From the NCBI RefSeq assembly GCF_009914755.1, contig NC_060926.1: a stretch of DNA of 64,000 nt; one strand, 5' to 3'. This document shows positions 1 through 17,960 of the stretch, piece by piece (the first letter of the stretch is position 1; each line of letters opens with the position of its first letter). The notes beneath the pieces are model-generated. The model was not told the DNA's origin. It made no database searches and saw only the letters and a list, made by a program, of their open reading frames with translations. This DNA comes from the human T2T-CHM13v2.0 reference genome, Homo sapiens. A program made the translations under genes and the position numbers.

Positions 1-169
1 TCTGTGTGTGTTTAACAGTTAATTCTTATGATCCTGATTATATGTTCCATGTTCCTGGTGAATATATTTTCAATTCTATTTTTTACCTACCAACAATATA
101 AGGTATTTGCAGGCAGAGACCTCAGTTCTTTATTTTTACAAGTCAACATATTAGATAAGAGCCTAGGTT

Positions 170-285
170 TAGTGCCATCTGTAAAACAAGGATAACTGTA
201 TCAACCTCATAGGGTTTTTGTAAAGATTAAATGAAAGAATGCATAATGCCTGGAACAGACAAGCTCAAAACACTTTAGCTGTTGT
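170..285 (+). mobile_element. MIR fragment
   Basis: MIR core catctgtaaaa...acctcataggg...gattaaatga. Confidence 0.65.
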
Positions 286-340
286 TGACGGTCATGATGA
301 TGCCCTTTCACTTGTGTTTCCTCATGGAGCCTTGTCCTCG

Positions 341-633
341 GGTAGGGTCTCACTCTGTCACTCAGGCTGGAGTATGGTGGTATGCAGTGCAAGGTATGAT
401 CACTGCTCACTGTAGCCTTGACCTCCCAGTCTCAAGCGATCCTCCCACCTCAGCCTCCCAAGTAGCTGGGACTACAGGCATGCGCCACCATGCCTGGCTG
501 ATTTTATTTTTATGTTTAGAGATGAGGTCTCACTTTGTTGCCCTGGCTGGTCTCAAACTCCTGGGCTCAAGTGATCCTCCCACCTCGACCTCCCAAAGTG
601 TTGAGATTACAGGTGTGAGCCACCATGCTTGGC
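341..633 (-). mobile_element. Alu (J-like)
   Basis: Reverse-complement Alu dimer ending ..catgcttggcc. Confidence 0.9.
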
Positions 634-814
634 CTTGGATTTAGATGTCTTAATAGCGATTGGTACTTCACATCCAAGAATAAAATAAAGATAAAGGACA
701 TTAAGGGCTATCGTTGCTCCAACATTCCATTTTATTCTACCCTGCCTTTTTTCTCCTAAGTTGGGAAAAAGATTTTAATAATAATTATCATAGTAATACT
801 GATGATGATGATGA

Positions 815-1015
815 TGAAAGCTAACAATTACTGAGTTCTTACTGTGTGCTAGGAATAGTTGTAAGAACTTCACTCTGTTAACTTATCTAGTCTTCACCAC
901 AACCCTATTAAGTAGATTCCCTTCCTTCCATTTTGCGGATAAGTAGACCAAGGCACACAAGATTGTACAGCTTTGCCAAAGCTGAAGCTGGGTTTGAAAC
1001 CAGGCTTTCTATTTC
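815..1015 (-). mobile_element. MIR fragment
   Basis: gctaacaattactgag...acaaccctat...gggtttgaaaccagg. Confidence 0.6.
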
Positions 1016-1732
1016 CCCAAAATGGTTGGGATAAAATTTTCCTGCTGTTAGTGGTCCCGAGAGACAGAGAATGGAAAAACATTCTGTTCATTTTCATCTA
1101 TTCTTTGCTTGAAGAGCATATCAAAGCCCAAAGAAGCCTGTAGTTCATGAAGAATTGAAGCCCTGACATTAAATCAATCAGACACGTTTCTCTCCTTTTA
1201 AATCCCCATCCTCAATTAAGGTGGCAATCAGATTAACCAAGATTGGCCGGAAACGGGTGAGTGTCTCGGAAGCTCTAGAGCTCCAAAAGGTCAGGCCACT
1301 GACAGCTACTGATTTGTGTGTTACTTCAGGCAAGTCTCACCCACACTATCTCCCCAGGGAGAATTCAGCTGCTGTTTAATTCTACTCCCGGTAAGATCTG
1401 TTTGGAAACTCAAATCCTGCCTCCTTCCCCAAATTCATTTTCATCAGCATTTCCTCTTGATCTCTTCAATCCTGAATCTTTCCCAGATGAGATACATGTC
1501 CCGGCCCCTGCAGATGTACCCCTCTCCTGCAGCCACATGGTACTGTTTGATTTCCTTAGCACCAATAAAACAAAACCAGGCTCTGCCTGAATGATTCCTG
1601 GCTTTAATTACCAAAGGCAAATTGCTGCGTCACTCAGAATAATGAAAAACTGGAAACAACAGAGAATGATTAAATAAATCAGGATCCAGTCAAAAGATGA
1701 AATAATAAGTAGCCATTAAAATGAAGTTTTAA

Positions 1733-2030
<298 letters not shown>

Positions 2031-3849
2031 GAAAGGCCTTCAGTAAGAAAGTAAGTGCTCACAATATAAGAAGAAATTCAGTTTTAACACTATCCTGTAG
2101 GATCCCAATTTTATACATATATATTTTAAAATATACATAAACATGGACACAAAAACTAGAACAAATACACTGAAATTCTAATAGTTATCTTTGAATTACG
2201 TGATTCTAAGTGATGTTCATTTTCTTTTTTCCCCCGTTTTATAAATTTATACCCATGAGCATCTATTCCTTTTAAATTCAGAAGCAAGGAAAAGGGGAAA
2301 AGAAAAGAGGGAACCTTTTTGTTTTTCTTAAAATTGTCCCCATTGGAGGGTTGTTGATTTTTTGTTTCATGGATTCACCAGTACTTACCAGCTGTCTCCA
2401 CCCCTAGTGAGGCAGCTCACATCTCACCTCTTCCAGGAAGCCTTCCTAGATTCATTAAACTCAGAGATTTCTTCAGTTTTATGGACTCCTTAGTCTCATT
2501 GTGACATATCCTTGACCTTAAATGTGTGCAGGTTTTGTGTCCCCAACTACAGAGTAAGTTCCTTGATGGCAGAACCTGTCTATTTTAAACTTCTTTCTCT
2601 TCCCCACGCCACCCAGCAAGTGCCCTGCGAACTGCTGGAGTTCATTAATGTCAGTGAACACAAGTGCCTCGTGGGAGGCACTTGAATCAGATGCACCTCT
2701 CTCTCTGAACTTTGTTCCATTTCCTCCAATTCATTTGAAGCGGGTGTCCATGCCATTAGCCCTGGGTCAGATTTTATTGTAAATTGTTTAAAAAGAATTC
2801 CATTTGCTTTAGTAGGAATGATCAAGTCCAGCCCTTGTCTTTACAAGAAGATTGCAAAGCTGAGAAAATAAATACAAACTATTTTGAGCAAAAAGGCATT
2901 TTTCTTGGTGAATGCGGAGGAGGGAGTTGATGTTTATAAGAAGGAAAGGAGAGGCCAGGAGGGGAGGTGACTTCCCTGAGTCTCACGCTGTTCAAAGGCA
3001 GGTGAAGTCACACATCACGCCAGCTTCCCTCCAGCCCTGCTGGGCTCAGGATACTGTATTGAGGTCAGAAGAAAATGAGACCTAGGAATTTACAGTTTAT
3101 CTTGGGAGAAGAAAAGATGAGTCACTGAAATAACTTCGCCTGAACAAGCAGTGGGAGAAGATTATATAAGGTAATACAGTGTGAAGGATGCACAGAAGTC
3201 GAGCTGGCAGAGAGTACGCTGTGCCTGTGGTCGGAGAGTGTTGTTCATGGAAGGCTTCCAGGGAGCTCAGCAGGTGTCAGGATCCGCCAGGTGTCAGGTC
3301 TGTGGCGCTGACTCTCCTGCCCCTTCATCATCTCCAGCTTGTGGCCGGTCCCTGTCACCAAAACATCCTTTCATTCACTGCCACGAGACTGCGTGGCTCC
3401 CCTAATCTGCTCTGCTTCCGACCTCCCAACCCTTCTCACTGTGGACTCTGGCTGCTAGACACAGAGTGTTCCAGGAGGCAGAGCATGAGTGAGAGGACCC
3501 CCTACAGTGGAGGAAGGACTTGAAGATGAAGCAACTGTCCCCACCTCTACTGGGGCATCCCTTGTTAAATCCTAAGTTGAATGGTTGACATTTAATGCAG
3601 CACAGGTCATGCTACCTGCTTGACCATGAAGCAAACTAAATTAAATATTTGCCTTAGAGCTACATAAAGAATGAATTGAAGTGAAGAGACTGGCCAGGTC
3701 CCCGGGACTGGGTGGCAGGTGTTCAGGAGGCTTCCAGCAAGGTGGCTGTGGCGAAGGAGAGCACAAGATGAACTTGGGAAATTGTTAGAGATATATTTTT
3801 TGGAAAGTGATGGAAGAATTAGGGGAGTTTCATGGCAGAGAAGAACATG

Positions 3850-3995
3850 CTATGTGACCTTGGGCAGGGCACTTAACCTCTCTGATCCTGCCTCTTTATC
3901 TGTAAAATGAGAATAATAGTATCTACTTTATGGGGTTGTTACGAGACTTATATGAAATATTTGTAAAGTGCTTGTCCTAGTGCTTAGTGCAGAGC
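3850..3995 (+). mobile_element. MIR fragment adjacent to the SUCLA2 retrocopy
   Basis: tgtgaccttgggcag...tctgtaaaatg...gtaaagtgctt. Confidence 0.7.
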
Positions 3996-4020
3996 TGGTG
4001 GTAAACCCTGGAATTTTTTT

Positions 4021-6181
<2,161 letters not shown>

Positions 6182-8623
6182 CCCTGGAATTTTTTTAGAT
6201 TTTAAAATCAGTGTGAGAGAGACTGGAGTGGCAATGAAGGAGAGGAAATAATTCAAAGGAAATAATGTATCTCAGTGGGCCTGGCAGGTGATGCTGGGTT
6301 ACTAGTAGGGAGTTTGGGGGAGGGGACCTAGATTTTGAAAAGCATGATGTAGTTAGTGTTTGAGACTTTGTTTGTTTCAAACCACCAATCGCCCTGAGTA
6401 GAGGGCAGCTCTGATCAAGGGGACAGCTCAGTCAGGCAAACAGGATCCAGCAAGCAGGCCAAAGGAGAAACAGGGCTGCGACGCCTAGGGGTCACAGGGA
6501 CGCAGATGCTGCTGGTGGCCCAGGTGAGGGGTCCTGCGTCCTCTGTCGCAAGGCTGCCAGCAGCTGCAGGATCTGCTCTCACATGTTGGACAGGCAAGGA
6601 CCTTGTGGCACTTCTCACCCTGGCTGTGTGCCGGAATTGTGGTGGAGCATTTTAAACACCTCTGGGCCCTCTTCACAGCACAGGGGTCATTCTGATGAGC
6701 AGCCAGGATTGTGGCCACAGGCCAAGCCAGGAGCCAGCTAAGGGGGTTGGGGGAGTGAGGACAAGGCAGGCTAGAGGCCTTGGGCAGACAGGAGGAACTC
6801 TGACCCAGGCTCCCTGATGCCCAGTATGTCTGCCTGGAGAGAGACTGGTCCCAGTGAGCCTGACCTCAGGAGCTACAGGTGTTGGCAGCCCTAGAAGATG
6901 GGCTGGGCACCAAGTTCAGGAACAGGAGCCAACTGTTCTATAACAGGAACTTTTCCCTGAAGTTCCCCTGGGAGTACTGTCTTGCAAACACCCAGAGATC
7001 TTTTGCTAAGTGCCTCATAGACTTTGACTTACTGACTTTGAAATTACTGACCTTGAAATTCATGATTGCTTTTCTGCTCAATCACACTGTCCTCCCTTTA
7101 TTCCACAAACCTGTATGAGCACCCCCTGCCACCACCACCCATGGGTTGGACCCTATTCCAGCCCTGGGACACAGTGGGGACAAATGGACAAAGGTCTCAC
7201 TCTTGAGGAGCTTACCTTCGAGTGGGGAGATGGAGTGTAGACACAGATGAAATGTGTCCATTGGTAAAAAGCACTATGAAAAGGAATAAACCAGGACAGA
7301 AAATTAAAGTGGAATGCTGGTCAGGGAAGCTTTTTCCAGCTAGGTGACATTTGGGCAGAGACCTTAGGGACATGAGAGTGGGAGGTCAGAGGACATGGGG
7401 AAGAACATTCTGGACAGGGGGTTTGGGGCAAAATGAGCCATCGAGGGAGGTCTCACCATTCTCATGGTTTTAAAGGAGGAAGCTGCCAAAATCATGTGTC
7501 ATTGAACATTTGGTTTATTCCTACTGATTTGCCTTTTCAGTGGCAGTGCAGCTACATACTAGGGAATTGGCCATATCACGTTTCCCTCTCTTCCTTAAAA
7601 TAGGTATGAAAATATCAGGTAAGACAGCTCCTAGTGACAGAAGAGGATCCTTCATAAATTTACCTTCAGCTACTGTGGTTGGATCTGCCAGACACGATCC
7701 CTAGAGAGTGAAAGAGGACCCGTTGGAAAGTGCTTCTGTTTTAGAAATAAAATGGCTCAGAATTAAATGATTCTTTTATAGGCATATAGTTGTGAGTTAA
7801 ACTCCACAATTTGTATGTATGAATACTAACATTAAGAATAAATACCATCAGAAGTAAGATGGAAGAAATATATAAAAACATTACTTAGTGTCTCGTTACA
7901 ATGAACTGTTTTTAGTTTCTTTTTAATGTCTATTATTTGTTTCTTTCCTAGCTGGGTTTTGTGGCTACTTAGAATTCACCATTGTTGGGCTGGAAGCTTT
8001 CTAGGGGTGCTTGTGGGTTCCCAGCACCCACTAAGCTGCTTTGGGACCCAGAAGCTGGGCGCTCCTGACCAAAGCGCCTCCAGCTCTCAACTCGGAGAGG
8101 AGAGCTGGGAATCTCCTGCCATCAGCTTTGATTACCTACCCAGGAAGTGTGGAGTATTGCACAGGGCCAGACAGTAAGAAAAGGGAAGAGCTAGAATTTC
8201 ATCCTAAGCCCATCTGACCTCTGAGCCCAAATTCTTAACCACCATGCTCTGGTGGTTTGCAGACTCAAAGTGTGGTCCTGGGACCAGGGGCATCAGCATC
8301 CCCAGAGTCTAATCAGAGCTTGCATTTTAACCAGATCCCCAAGGGACACGTGCACTCTACAGCCTGAGATGCACTGACCTAGTGGTTCTCTTTCCACATA
8401 GGCCTCAGTTTCCCTAGCTCTGTGACAACTGTAACCTATCCCTGCCCTGGTTTTGTATTTCAGAACATGGACTCTGAAAGTAGATTTTTGGGGTTCAGAT
8501 TCTAGTCTGCCATTTGGGGTTCAGATTCTAGCTGTGTGGCTCTAGGCAGGTAACTTAACCACTTAATGCCTCAGTTTTCTTATCTATAAAATGAGGATAA
8601 AAATAGTACCTATGCCATGGGTT

Positions 8624-9428
<805 letters not shown>

Positions 9429-9820
9429 GGTTGTTGTAAGGATTACAAAAGTTGGTGCTTGTGAAGTATTTTAGAGCTGTGCCTGGCTCACAAGGAATAA
9501 GGCACCTACTGTCTTTTTCACTGCTATGAACCCTACCCCGTGTCTTCTTGTACCTCTCTTCTGGGAAGCCTTCCCCAACTATCGGAGCTCAAGATAATTT
9601 CTCTCTTTTTCGATTCTTTGGCAAATGATCTGGGATTTCCATCGTCAAACTGTAACTTAGGGAAAATCTGTTATTGTATTGATAAGGAAACTTAAGTCTC
9701 AAAGGTCAGATGACAGAATTGGTCCTGGAACTCAAAGGTCAAATGACAGAAGCAGGACTTAAACACCAGTACTCTTTAAACTCTAAAATTAGGGCTGTTT
9801 CCAATGTGCTACATTTGTAG

Positions 9821-10210
<390 letters not shown>

Positions 10211-10960
10211 AAATGAGGGTGCTAGTGGCTGTTGACTTTTCAGAATATGTTAATTTGTGCTATGAATCTGGGATGGGGGATTTAGTATGCCTGGCTTCAT
10301 ATATTTATTTGTCCTTGGAGCCTTTTTCTGGGAAATGCTTGTTAGCATCACACAGCTAGTGTTTCATGGAACACAGTTTGGGGACTGTGGCTCTGCTCGC
10401 CAGAGCATCTGCTCTCCTACCCCATGTACTTTTTCTTTTTAAGACTCTATTTTTTAGAGCATACAGTATGTAGCTTTTTCAGATTGGCTTCTTTCCCTTA
10501 GTAATATACATTTAAGTTTCCTCCATGTCTTTTCATGGCTTGATCACTCATTTCTTTTTAGTGCTGGATAATATTCCGTTGTCTGGATGTACCACAGTTT
10601 ATTCACCCACTGCAGGACATCTTGGTTGCTTCCAAGTTTTGGCAATTCTACATAAAGCTGCGGTAAACATCCACGTGCAGGTTTTTGTGTAGACATAGTT
10701 TTCATTTCCTTTGGGTAAATACCAAGGGGTGTGATTGCTGGATTGTATGGTAAGAGTTTATTTAATTTTTTAAGAAGCTGCCAAACTGTCTTCCAAAGTG
10801 GCTGTACCAGTTTGCATTCCCACCAGCAATGAATGAGGGTTCTTGCTGCTCCACATCCCTGCCAGCATGCACTGTTAGTGTTCTGGATCTGGGCCATTCT
10901 AATAGGTGTGGAGTGGTATCTCATTGTTGTTTTAATTTACATTTCCTGGATGACATATGA

Positions 10961-11344
<384 letters not shown>

Positions 11345-11382
11345 TAATTGGGTTATTTTCTTATTGTTTAGTTTTAAGTGTT

Positions 11383-11755
11383 TGTATTAGTCCATTCTCA
11401 TGCTGTGAACGAAGACATACCTGAGACTGCGTAATTTATAAAGGAAAGAGCTTTAATTGACTCACAGTTCAGCATGGCTGGGGAGGCCTCAGGAAACTTA
11501 CAATTACGGCAGAAGGGGAAGCAAACACGTCCTTCATATGGCGGCGGCGAGGAGAAGTGCAGAGTGAAGCAGGGAAAAGCCCCTCATAAAACTGTCAGAT
11601 CTCGTGAGAACTCACCCACTGTCACAAGAACAGCATGAGGGTAACTGTCCCCATGATTAAATTACCTCCCCCTAGGTCCCTCCCATGACACGTGGGGATT
11701 ATGAGAACTACGATTCAAGATGAGATTTGGTTAGGGACACAGCCAAACCATGTCA
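11383..11755 (-). mobile_element. MaLR solo LTR (THE1/MST family)
   Basis: tgtattagtccattctcatgctg...cagccaaaccatgtca. 5-bp TSD GTGTT at 11378-11382 and 11756-11760. Confidence 0.9.
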
Positions 11756-11925
11756 GTGTTCCTTATATTTTGAAGATTATGTATATATATAAAATCTTCA
11801 TATATGTATATATATATATACACACACACACACACATATATTCTTTATTAGCTATGTCTTCTACAAATACTTTCTCCTAGTCTATGACTTTTCATTCTTT
11901 TGACGGCGCCTTTTGAAGAGCAGGA

Positions 11926-12215
11926 TTTTTTTTTTTTTTTGAGCTGGAGTCTCGCTCTGTTGCTGAGGCTGTAGTGCAATGGCACAATCTCAGCTCACTG
12001 CAGCCTCCGGGTTCAAGTGATTCTCCTGCCTCAGCCTCCCAAGTAGCTGGGACTACAGGCACCCGCCACCATGCCCAGCTAGTTTTTGTATTTTTAGTAG
12101 AGATGGGGTTTCACCATGTTGGCCAGGCTGGTCTCGAACTCCTGACCTCGAGTGATCCACCTACATCAGCCTCCCAAAGTGCCAGGATTACAGGCTTGAG
12201 CCACCGTGCCCAGCC
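11926..12215 (-). mobile_element. AluS
   Basis: Antisense Alu with TSD-like aagagcagga flanks. Confidence 0.92.
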
Positions 12216-15200
12216 AAAGAGCAGGAATTTTTAATCTTCATGAATTCCATTTTATCAGTTCTTTCTGTCGTGGATTGTGCCCTTGGTTTTTTATCTAAGA
12301 AGTCATCGCCAAAAGCGAAGGTCATCTAGGCTTTTTCCTATGTTATCTTCAAGAAGTTTTATAGCTTTGAGTTTGACATTCAGGTGAATGATTTATTTTG
12401 AGTAAGCTTCTGTCCAGGGTGTAAGGGCTGTGTTTATGTTCATTTTTTTTTGCATGTGGATGTCCAGCTGATCCACCTGTCAGTTCTTTCACTAGAAGTG
12501 CACTGCCTTGATTGCTGAAGCTTCCTCGTGCACTCGTCAGTCCCTTAAGCTTCACCTCCTCTTCCCCTACCGCATGGCAGCCACTCCACTAGTGGCCTTC
12601 CAATGGCAAGTCCCATGGATTCTCTCCAGCGTGCCTCTTGTTTGTAGCTCCATTCTGTTGTGTGAGCTCATGTTGTGTCACCTTTGCACTGGGGTTTGTA
12701 GAGTTGGTGCTGAGGTTCTGGCTTTGGGAAGGTGGCCAGACAGGAATGCAGGTTGAGGTCAAGGTATTGTTACTTGCAAGTGTACAGAGCTGCCTTGGGG
12801 AAGTGGCACGTGTTTCAGACCCACGTGGGAAATCGGATGGAGTCTGTGTTCTGTGATTCTCAACTCTTAGGCCTTTGGATGTCTAAGGGCCTTGGTCGCT
12901 GTGGCCAAGCAAGTGGTCAGTGGGATAGCCCTGCTAAGATGTACCAAGCCAGCATTGACCAGCTGGCATGGATGGAAGGGCTCAATGGCACTGGGCCTGG
13001 GGGAAAGCAGAAAGGGGCGGGCAGCTTCCAGAACCTTCCTGGGGCCTGACAGTCCTGGCCCTGCTATAAGTGCTTTATAGCCCTGGACTGGCTCTGGTCT
13101 TCTACCAGCCCTGTGGGATAGCCCTAGCCCTGTTATAGAGATAGGACACCCATGCATAGAGAATGTTGTTACTTGTTCCAAGTCACAGTTTAGGAAGTGG
13201 CAGTGCCAGGATTTGACCTGAGAGCCCATGCTGTTGGCCACGCTGCCTCCCTAGCCCCTGCCCTCAGAGGGCTGAAGAGGTTAGGAAGAAAGGAAAGACA
13301 AGAAAGAAGTGTTGGGGAGTAAGTCGGGAAGCCCTCACCTTCCCCTGTTATTCTTTAGGCCTTCTTACCTCCTTTCTACTGGTGCAGAAAGGCCCTGGGG
13401 CCCTGCCTGGGACTGGTTCCCGCCCACCATGGGCCCTGTGTGGTGGCGGCTCCTGGAGGCCTCTGTGCTGGGGAAGGTGCCTTCCCTGGAGGGCCTGTGG
13501 ACCAGAGAGGGAAGGATATAGCAAGGGGTGGCCTGAGGAGCTCCCCTTCTGGAATACAAGAGAGCAGGAGGCAGCAGCCTATCTGGTTTTCATTTGAGAA
13601 GAACTGAGTTGGTGTCCCCAGACCAGGACTGTCCCGGCCTGATGTCTCAGGGAACCCTCTCCAGCCAGAGTAGCTGCACTGACAACCCCACAGCCCCCTT
13701 GGGGCACTGTGTGGAAGTTTCTACCGTGAGTACCCAGGATGGTATTGAGCTCTCTCCTTGACAAGCCTGGGTTCTAGCAGCTGTGAGCTTGGCCTTTGTC
13801 CAGCGCAGGCCTCAGCTCACAGGCCCTTCAGAAAGTTTCAAGGCAGGAACTGACACTACAATTTTTTTAGTCCTAACTTCCCCATGTTTCTATTTCCTCA
13901 CTCCCTTAAAATGCAAAAGGGCCAATGTTCCTGGTTTAGGGACTATGACTAGGGAGGCTGCTGGGAGAGCGTGGAGCGTGTGCTACCTGGGCACCTTGGA
14001 AAGACACATCCTGGCAGCTGCGCCAGGCAGAAGACTGGGCAGCTGCAGGTTTAAACCCTGGGCTTCCAGGCCCAAGAAGGGGGACTGGGCCCCTGGGAGC
14101 TGTCCCATCACAAGAAATAACCCTGGATGCCAACCAGAACCCCAACACCTTTTCTCAGGCAGGGGCAGGGAGAGGGTGAGGAGATGCCAGGAACGAGGTC
14201 GAGCAAGGAGGCTGAACCTGGAGAGCCTGGGCATGCAGCCCGCCCACTGGTCTGCCTGGTCCCTTCTGTGCTGGGGCGGGTGGAAGCTGAGGGTGGTGGA
14301 GGGGATCACAAATAAGTTATCTGCCCCTGGGTGCCCGCCATCCTCTTGGTGCCCCATGGCTACTCCAAGGACATGCCCATCCCCAAACCCAAATCACCCC
14401 AGAGCCAAAACTACTGCTCTTTCCTCCTCCAGTGGCACCCACCCCATCCCCCTCCCAATCAAAACTCCCAAAGAACTCTTTTCTCCGCCCTATGTAAACC
14501 TCTTTTGTGATTAAAGTAATTCCCAATGAAGGAACTCATTCTTTTCTGAATGACCTGTAGGCTTAATCTTCCCAGGGCACATTTGCATTTCAAGTGGTGT
14601 GCTTGTACAGATAGAATTCATCTTTAATTGGCAGAATGAAGGGGTGCTTACTGGGCGGGAGGGAGGAGGTGGACTTTCCCAGGCCCCCCGGGCCCCTCCC
14701 TGAAGTCCTCCTCTCTCCTCCTCCATGCCCGCCCGCCCCCTCAGTGAGGGGTGAAGCTGGGTGGATTTGGAAGTTGACTGAAGAAGTGCAATGGCTATTA
14801 TTCCTTTACTAATTAAAACTTTTTATGGTGAGACCTAGAGTTGCCAACTTCTAATTTTGCCAGTTTGTTTTATCAGTGGTTTCCTAACACCATCACTTCA
14901 CAGAACCAAAACATGAAGGAGGAGGTCACTTCAGTCTTCTCAATGGAGTAAATTTAGCTTTACACAAACATACCACAGGGTTGTTAGATTTTTCATTTTG
15001 CTACAGATTGGTGCAAACCTCACTGGGGGCCAGCATTTGAGAACCACAAACCGGATGCCCCTCAAGGCCCTGCCCAACTCTAAAAGGCCGCAGTTTTCAA
15101 ATTCCACTGTCACACTGCGTTAAAGATGCATCGTCAAATGTGAATCGTTGATGATGATGTTAATTTTATCATAGTTGCACATAACTTTCTATAATGGAAA

Positions 15201-15767
15201 TGGCTCCAGGAGATAGGACGATAGAGGGAGACTGAAGAGCAGGGAATAAAGAAAGTTAGGGGCAAACGAGGTGGCAGATAGGGAATAACACCTGCCCCCG
15301 AAACCTGTATCCATCTTCCCAGGATGCTTGGTTAGATTCTTGGGCTGCAGGAGGCAGTTTCATATTCCTGTCCCGGAAACGTGAGTGTGTGTCTGTGTGT
15401 GAGTGTGTGTAATAGCACAGTAGGCGGGCGCAGCACCTGACCTTTATGTAAGCTCCCACCCACGAAGCCTCACCCCTCAAAATGCTCCCTGTGGCCTGGC
15501 CTTGCATATGGCACTGTGCCCAACCCCCAAGCAAAAGACATGAAGGTGCCAGAATGGCACATGGCAGATGTCTTAGAGTGTGGGGGTAGGGGACAATGAG
15601 AGATGCCAGCTCTGGGAGGACAAGGCCCCGAGCCCTCCAAGGGAGGGGTCTGTCTGATTCCAGCCTGTCTGTTTCCTGCCACTCACAGGCTGCCCTGGCC
15701 CTGGCTCCAACCTTTCCTGGGCCCGACCAGGAGGCTTTGCTCACAGTTTTTCCCATTCTCATTCCAG

Positions 15768-15844
15768 GTGTGTGTGGCTGCTGTGGTGCCCTACGCCCCA
15801 GGTACAAAAGGCTGGTTGACAACATCTTCCCTGAGGATCCCGAG
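15768..15844 (+). CDS. EFR3B: EFR3B exon 2 (77 nt): GVCGCCGALRPRYKRLVDNIFPEDPE, N-terminal palmitoylated Cys cluster
   Basis: Acceptor ttccag|GT, donor GAG|gtgggt. The translation matches the EFR3 N-terminus. Numbering assumes a 7-nt coding exon 1 outside the window. Confidence 0.97.
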
Positions 15845-16519
15845 GTGGGTCATGTCTCTGGCAGGCATCGTGGCTCTCATGGTCCAGGCAGGGCCTCTGA
15901 CGGGGGCAGCTTGGAAGCCAGGCCTCCTGCCGGGTGGGGAAGGCAGGGCCTCTCAGGGTCCCTGGGCACTGAGCCTTCCCAGAGAAACTGGAACCTGGGC
16001 TACAGCCATGGGCAGTGGTGAGAGGCCGCTAGGGACATGAAGGATGAGGGCATTTGGATCTGCAGAAGGCAGCTGGAAGTGCGTCTTGGCATGCTTGTGG
16101 CCATCACTGTCCAACCGAGACATCTTTCTCCTGCATGTCTCTCTGTGTGATTGCCTCTGGAGCTGCTAACTCTTTGAGTGATCGTAGCTCCCTGCCGGTC
16201 AGTGTGAGGACTCCCCTGTCTTGGGTTGGGCTCAGGAGCCCAGGTCTTTCCCCCTGGCTGCCACTCTCTGGTGTCTGCCAGGTGTCTAGGGGCACACACA
16301 CAGGGCCTGGCCTCCAAGCCGCCTCTCCACCTGTCAGGCTGCTTTGTGGGTCGTGGGCTGGGAAACATTGGGATCTGATGTACTTGACTTGCTCTCTGGG
16401 AACCAATGGCCTGTCTTGATGGGAGCATCCTTTGTAGAGTTCCCTAAGAGCTGCAGAGCTGCCTTCGTCCTGTGTGTGTCTTGGTGCCGGCTATCCAACA
16501 TGCTTTAATTTGGGGTGGC

Positions 16520-16810
<291 letters not shown>

Positions 16811-16846
16811 TGGGTGGCTTTTAATGATGCTGTATCATCCATTCCT

Positions 16847-16978
16847 ACACACACACACACACACTTACACACACACACACACACACATGGTATATATATA
16901 CACACCCATACACACATACATGTATACATTCATGTATATATATCCATACACATGCACACACATATATACATTTTATAC
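16847..16978. repeat. Compound (CA)n/(TA)n microsatellite
   Basis: Visible AC/TA runs. Confidence 0.9.
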
Positions 16979-16999
16979 GTTTGTATCACTTACAATTCT

Positions 17000-17271
17000 T
17001 TTTCTCCCCCCGAGACGGAGTCTCACTCTGTCGCCCAGGCTAGAGTGCAATGGTGCAATCTTGGCTCACTGCAACCTCCGCTCCCCAGGTTCAAGCAATT
17101 CTCCTGCCTCAGCCTCCTGAGTAGCTGGGATTACAGGCACTCGCCACCATGCCTGGCTAATTTTTGTATTTTTAGTAAAGACAGGTGTTTCACCATGTTG
17201 GCCAGGCCGGTCTCAAACTCGTGATCTGCCCACCTCAGCCTCCCAAAGTGCTGGGATTATAGGCGTGAGCC
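17000..17271 (-). mobile_element. AluS
   Basis: Antisense Alu with a small internal deletion. Confidence 0.9.
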
Positions 17272-17447
17272 TATAACTAAAACTATGTTTTAATCATCTG
17301 CCTGTCTCTGAAACCCACATGTGCTCCGGCACATCCATAAAGGACACTCTGTAAATGTTGATTCCGTCGAATTATTATTTTTCTCTAGACTTGAACTCGT
17401 CTAGCCATAGTGTGGCCATAGTGAGCACAAGCTGTTTTCTCCTACAG

Positions 17448-17575
17448 GATGGTCTGGTGAAGACCAACATGGAGAAGCTGACCTTCTATGCCCTCTCAGC
17501 TCCAGAAAAACTTGATCGTATTGGCGCCTACCTCTCTGAGAGGCTCATCCGTGACGTGGGTCGCCATCGATATGG
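17448..17575 (+). CDS. EFR3B: EFR3B exon 3 (128 nt): DGLVKTNMEKLTFYALSAPEKLDRIGAYLSERLIRDVGRHRYG
   Basis: ctacag|GAT ... GG|gtaagt. Frame continuous with exon 2. Confidence 0.97.
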
Positions 17576-17657
17576 GTAAGTAGTTTGGAAGAGAGGGAGA
17601 GAGATTGTCAGGAACTATATTGTTAGGCTAAACATAGGGTCCTTTTAAGAAAATGAT

Positions 17658-17960
<303 letters not shown>

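Noticed and set aside
13783-14514. 243-aa ORF
   Set aside because: Non-ATG start, GC-rich intronic sequence, no recognisable domain or exon structure. Likely chance.
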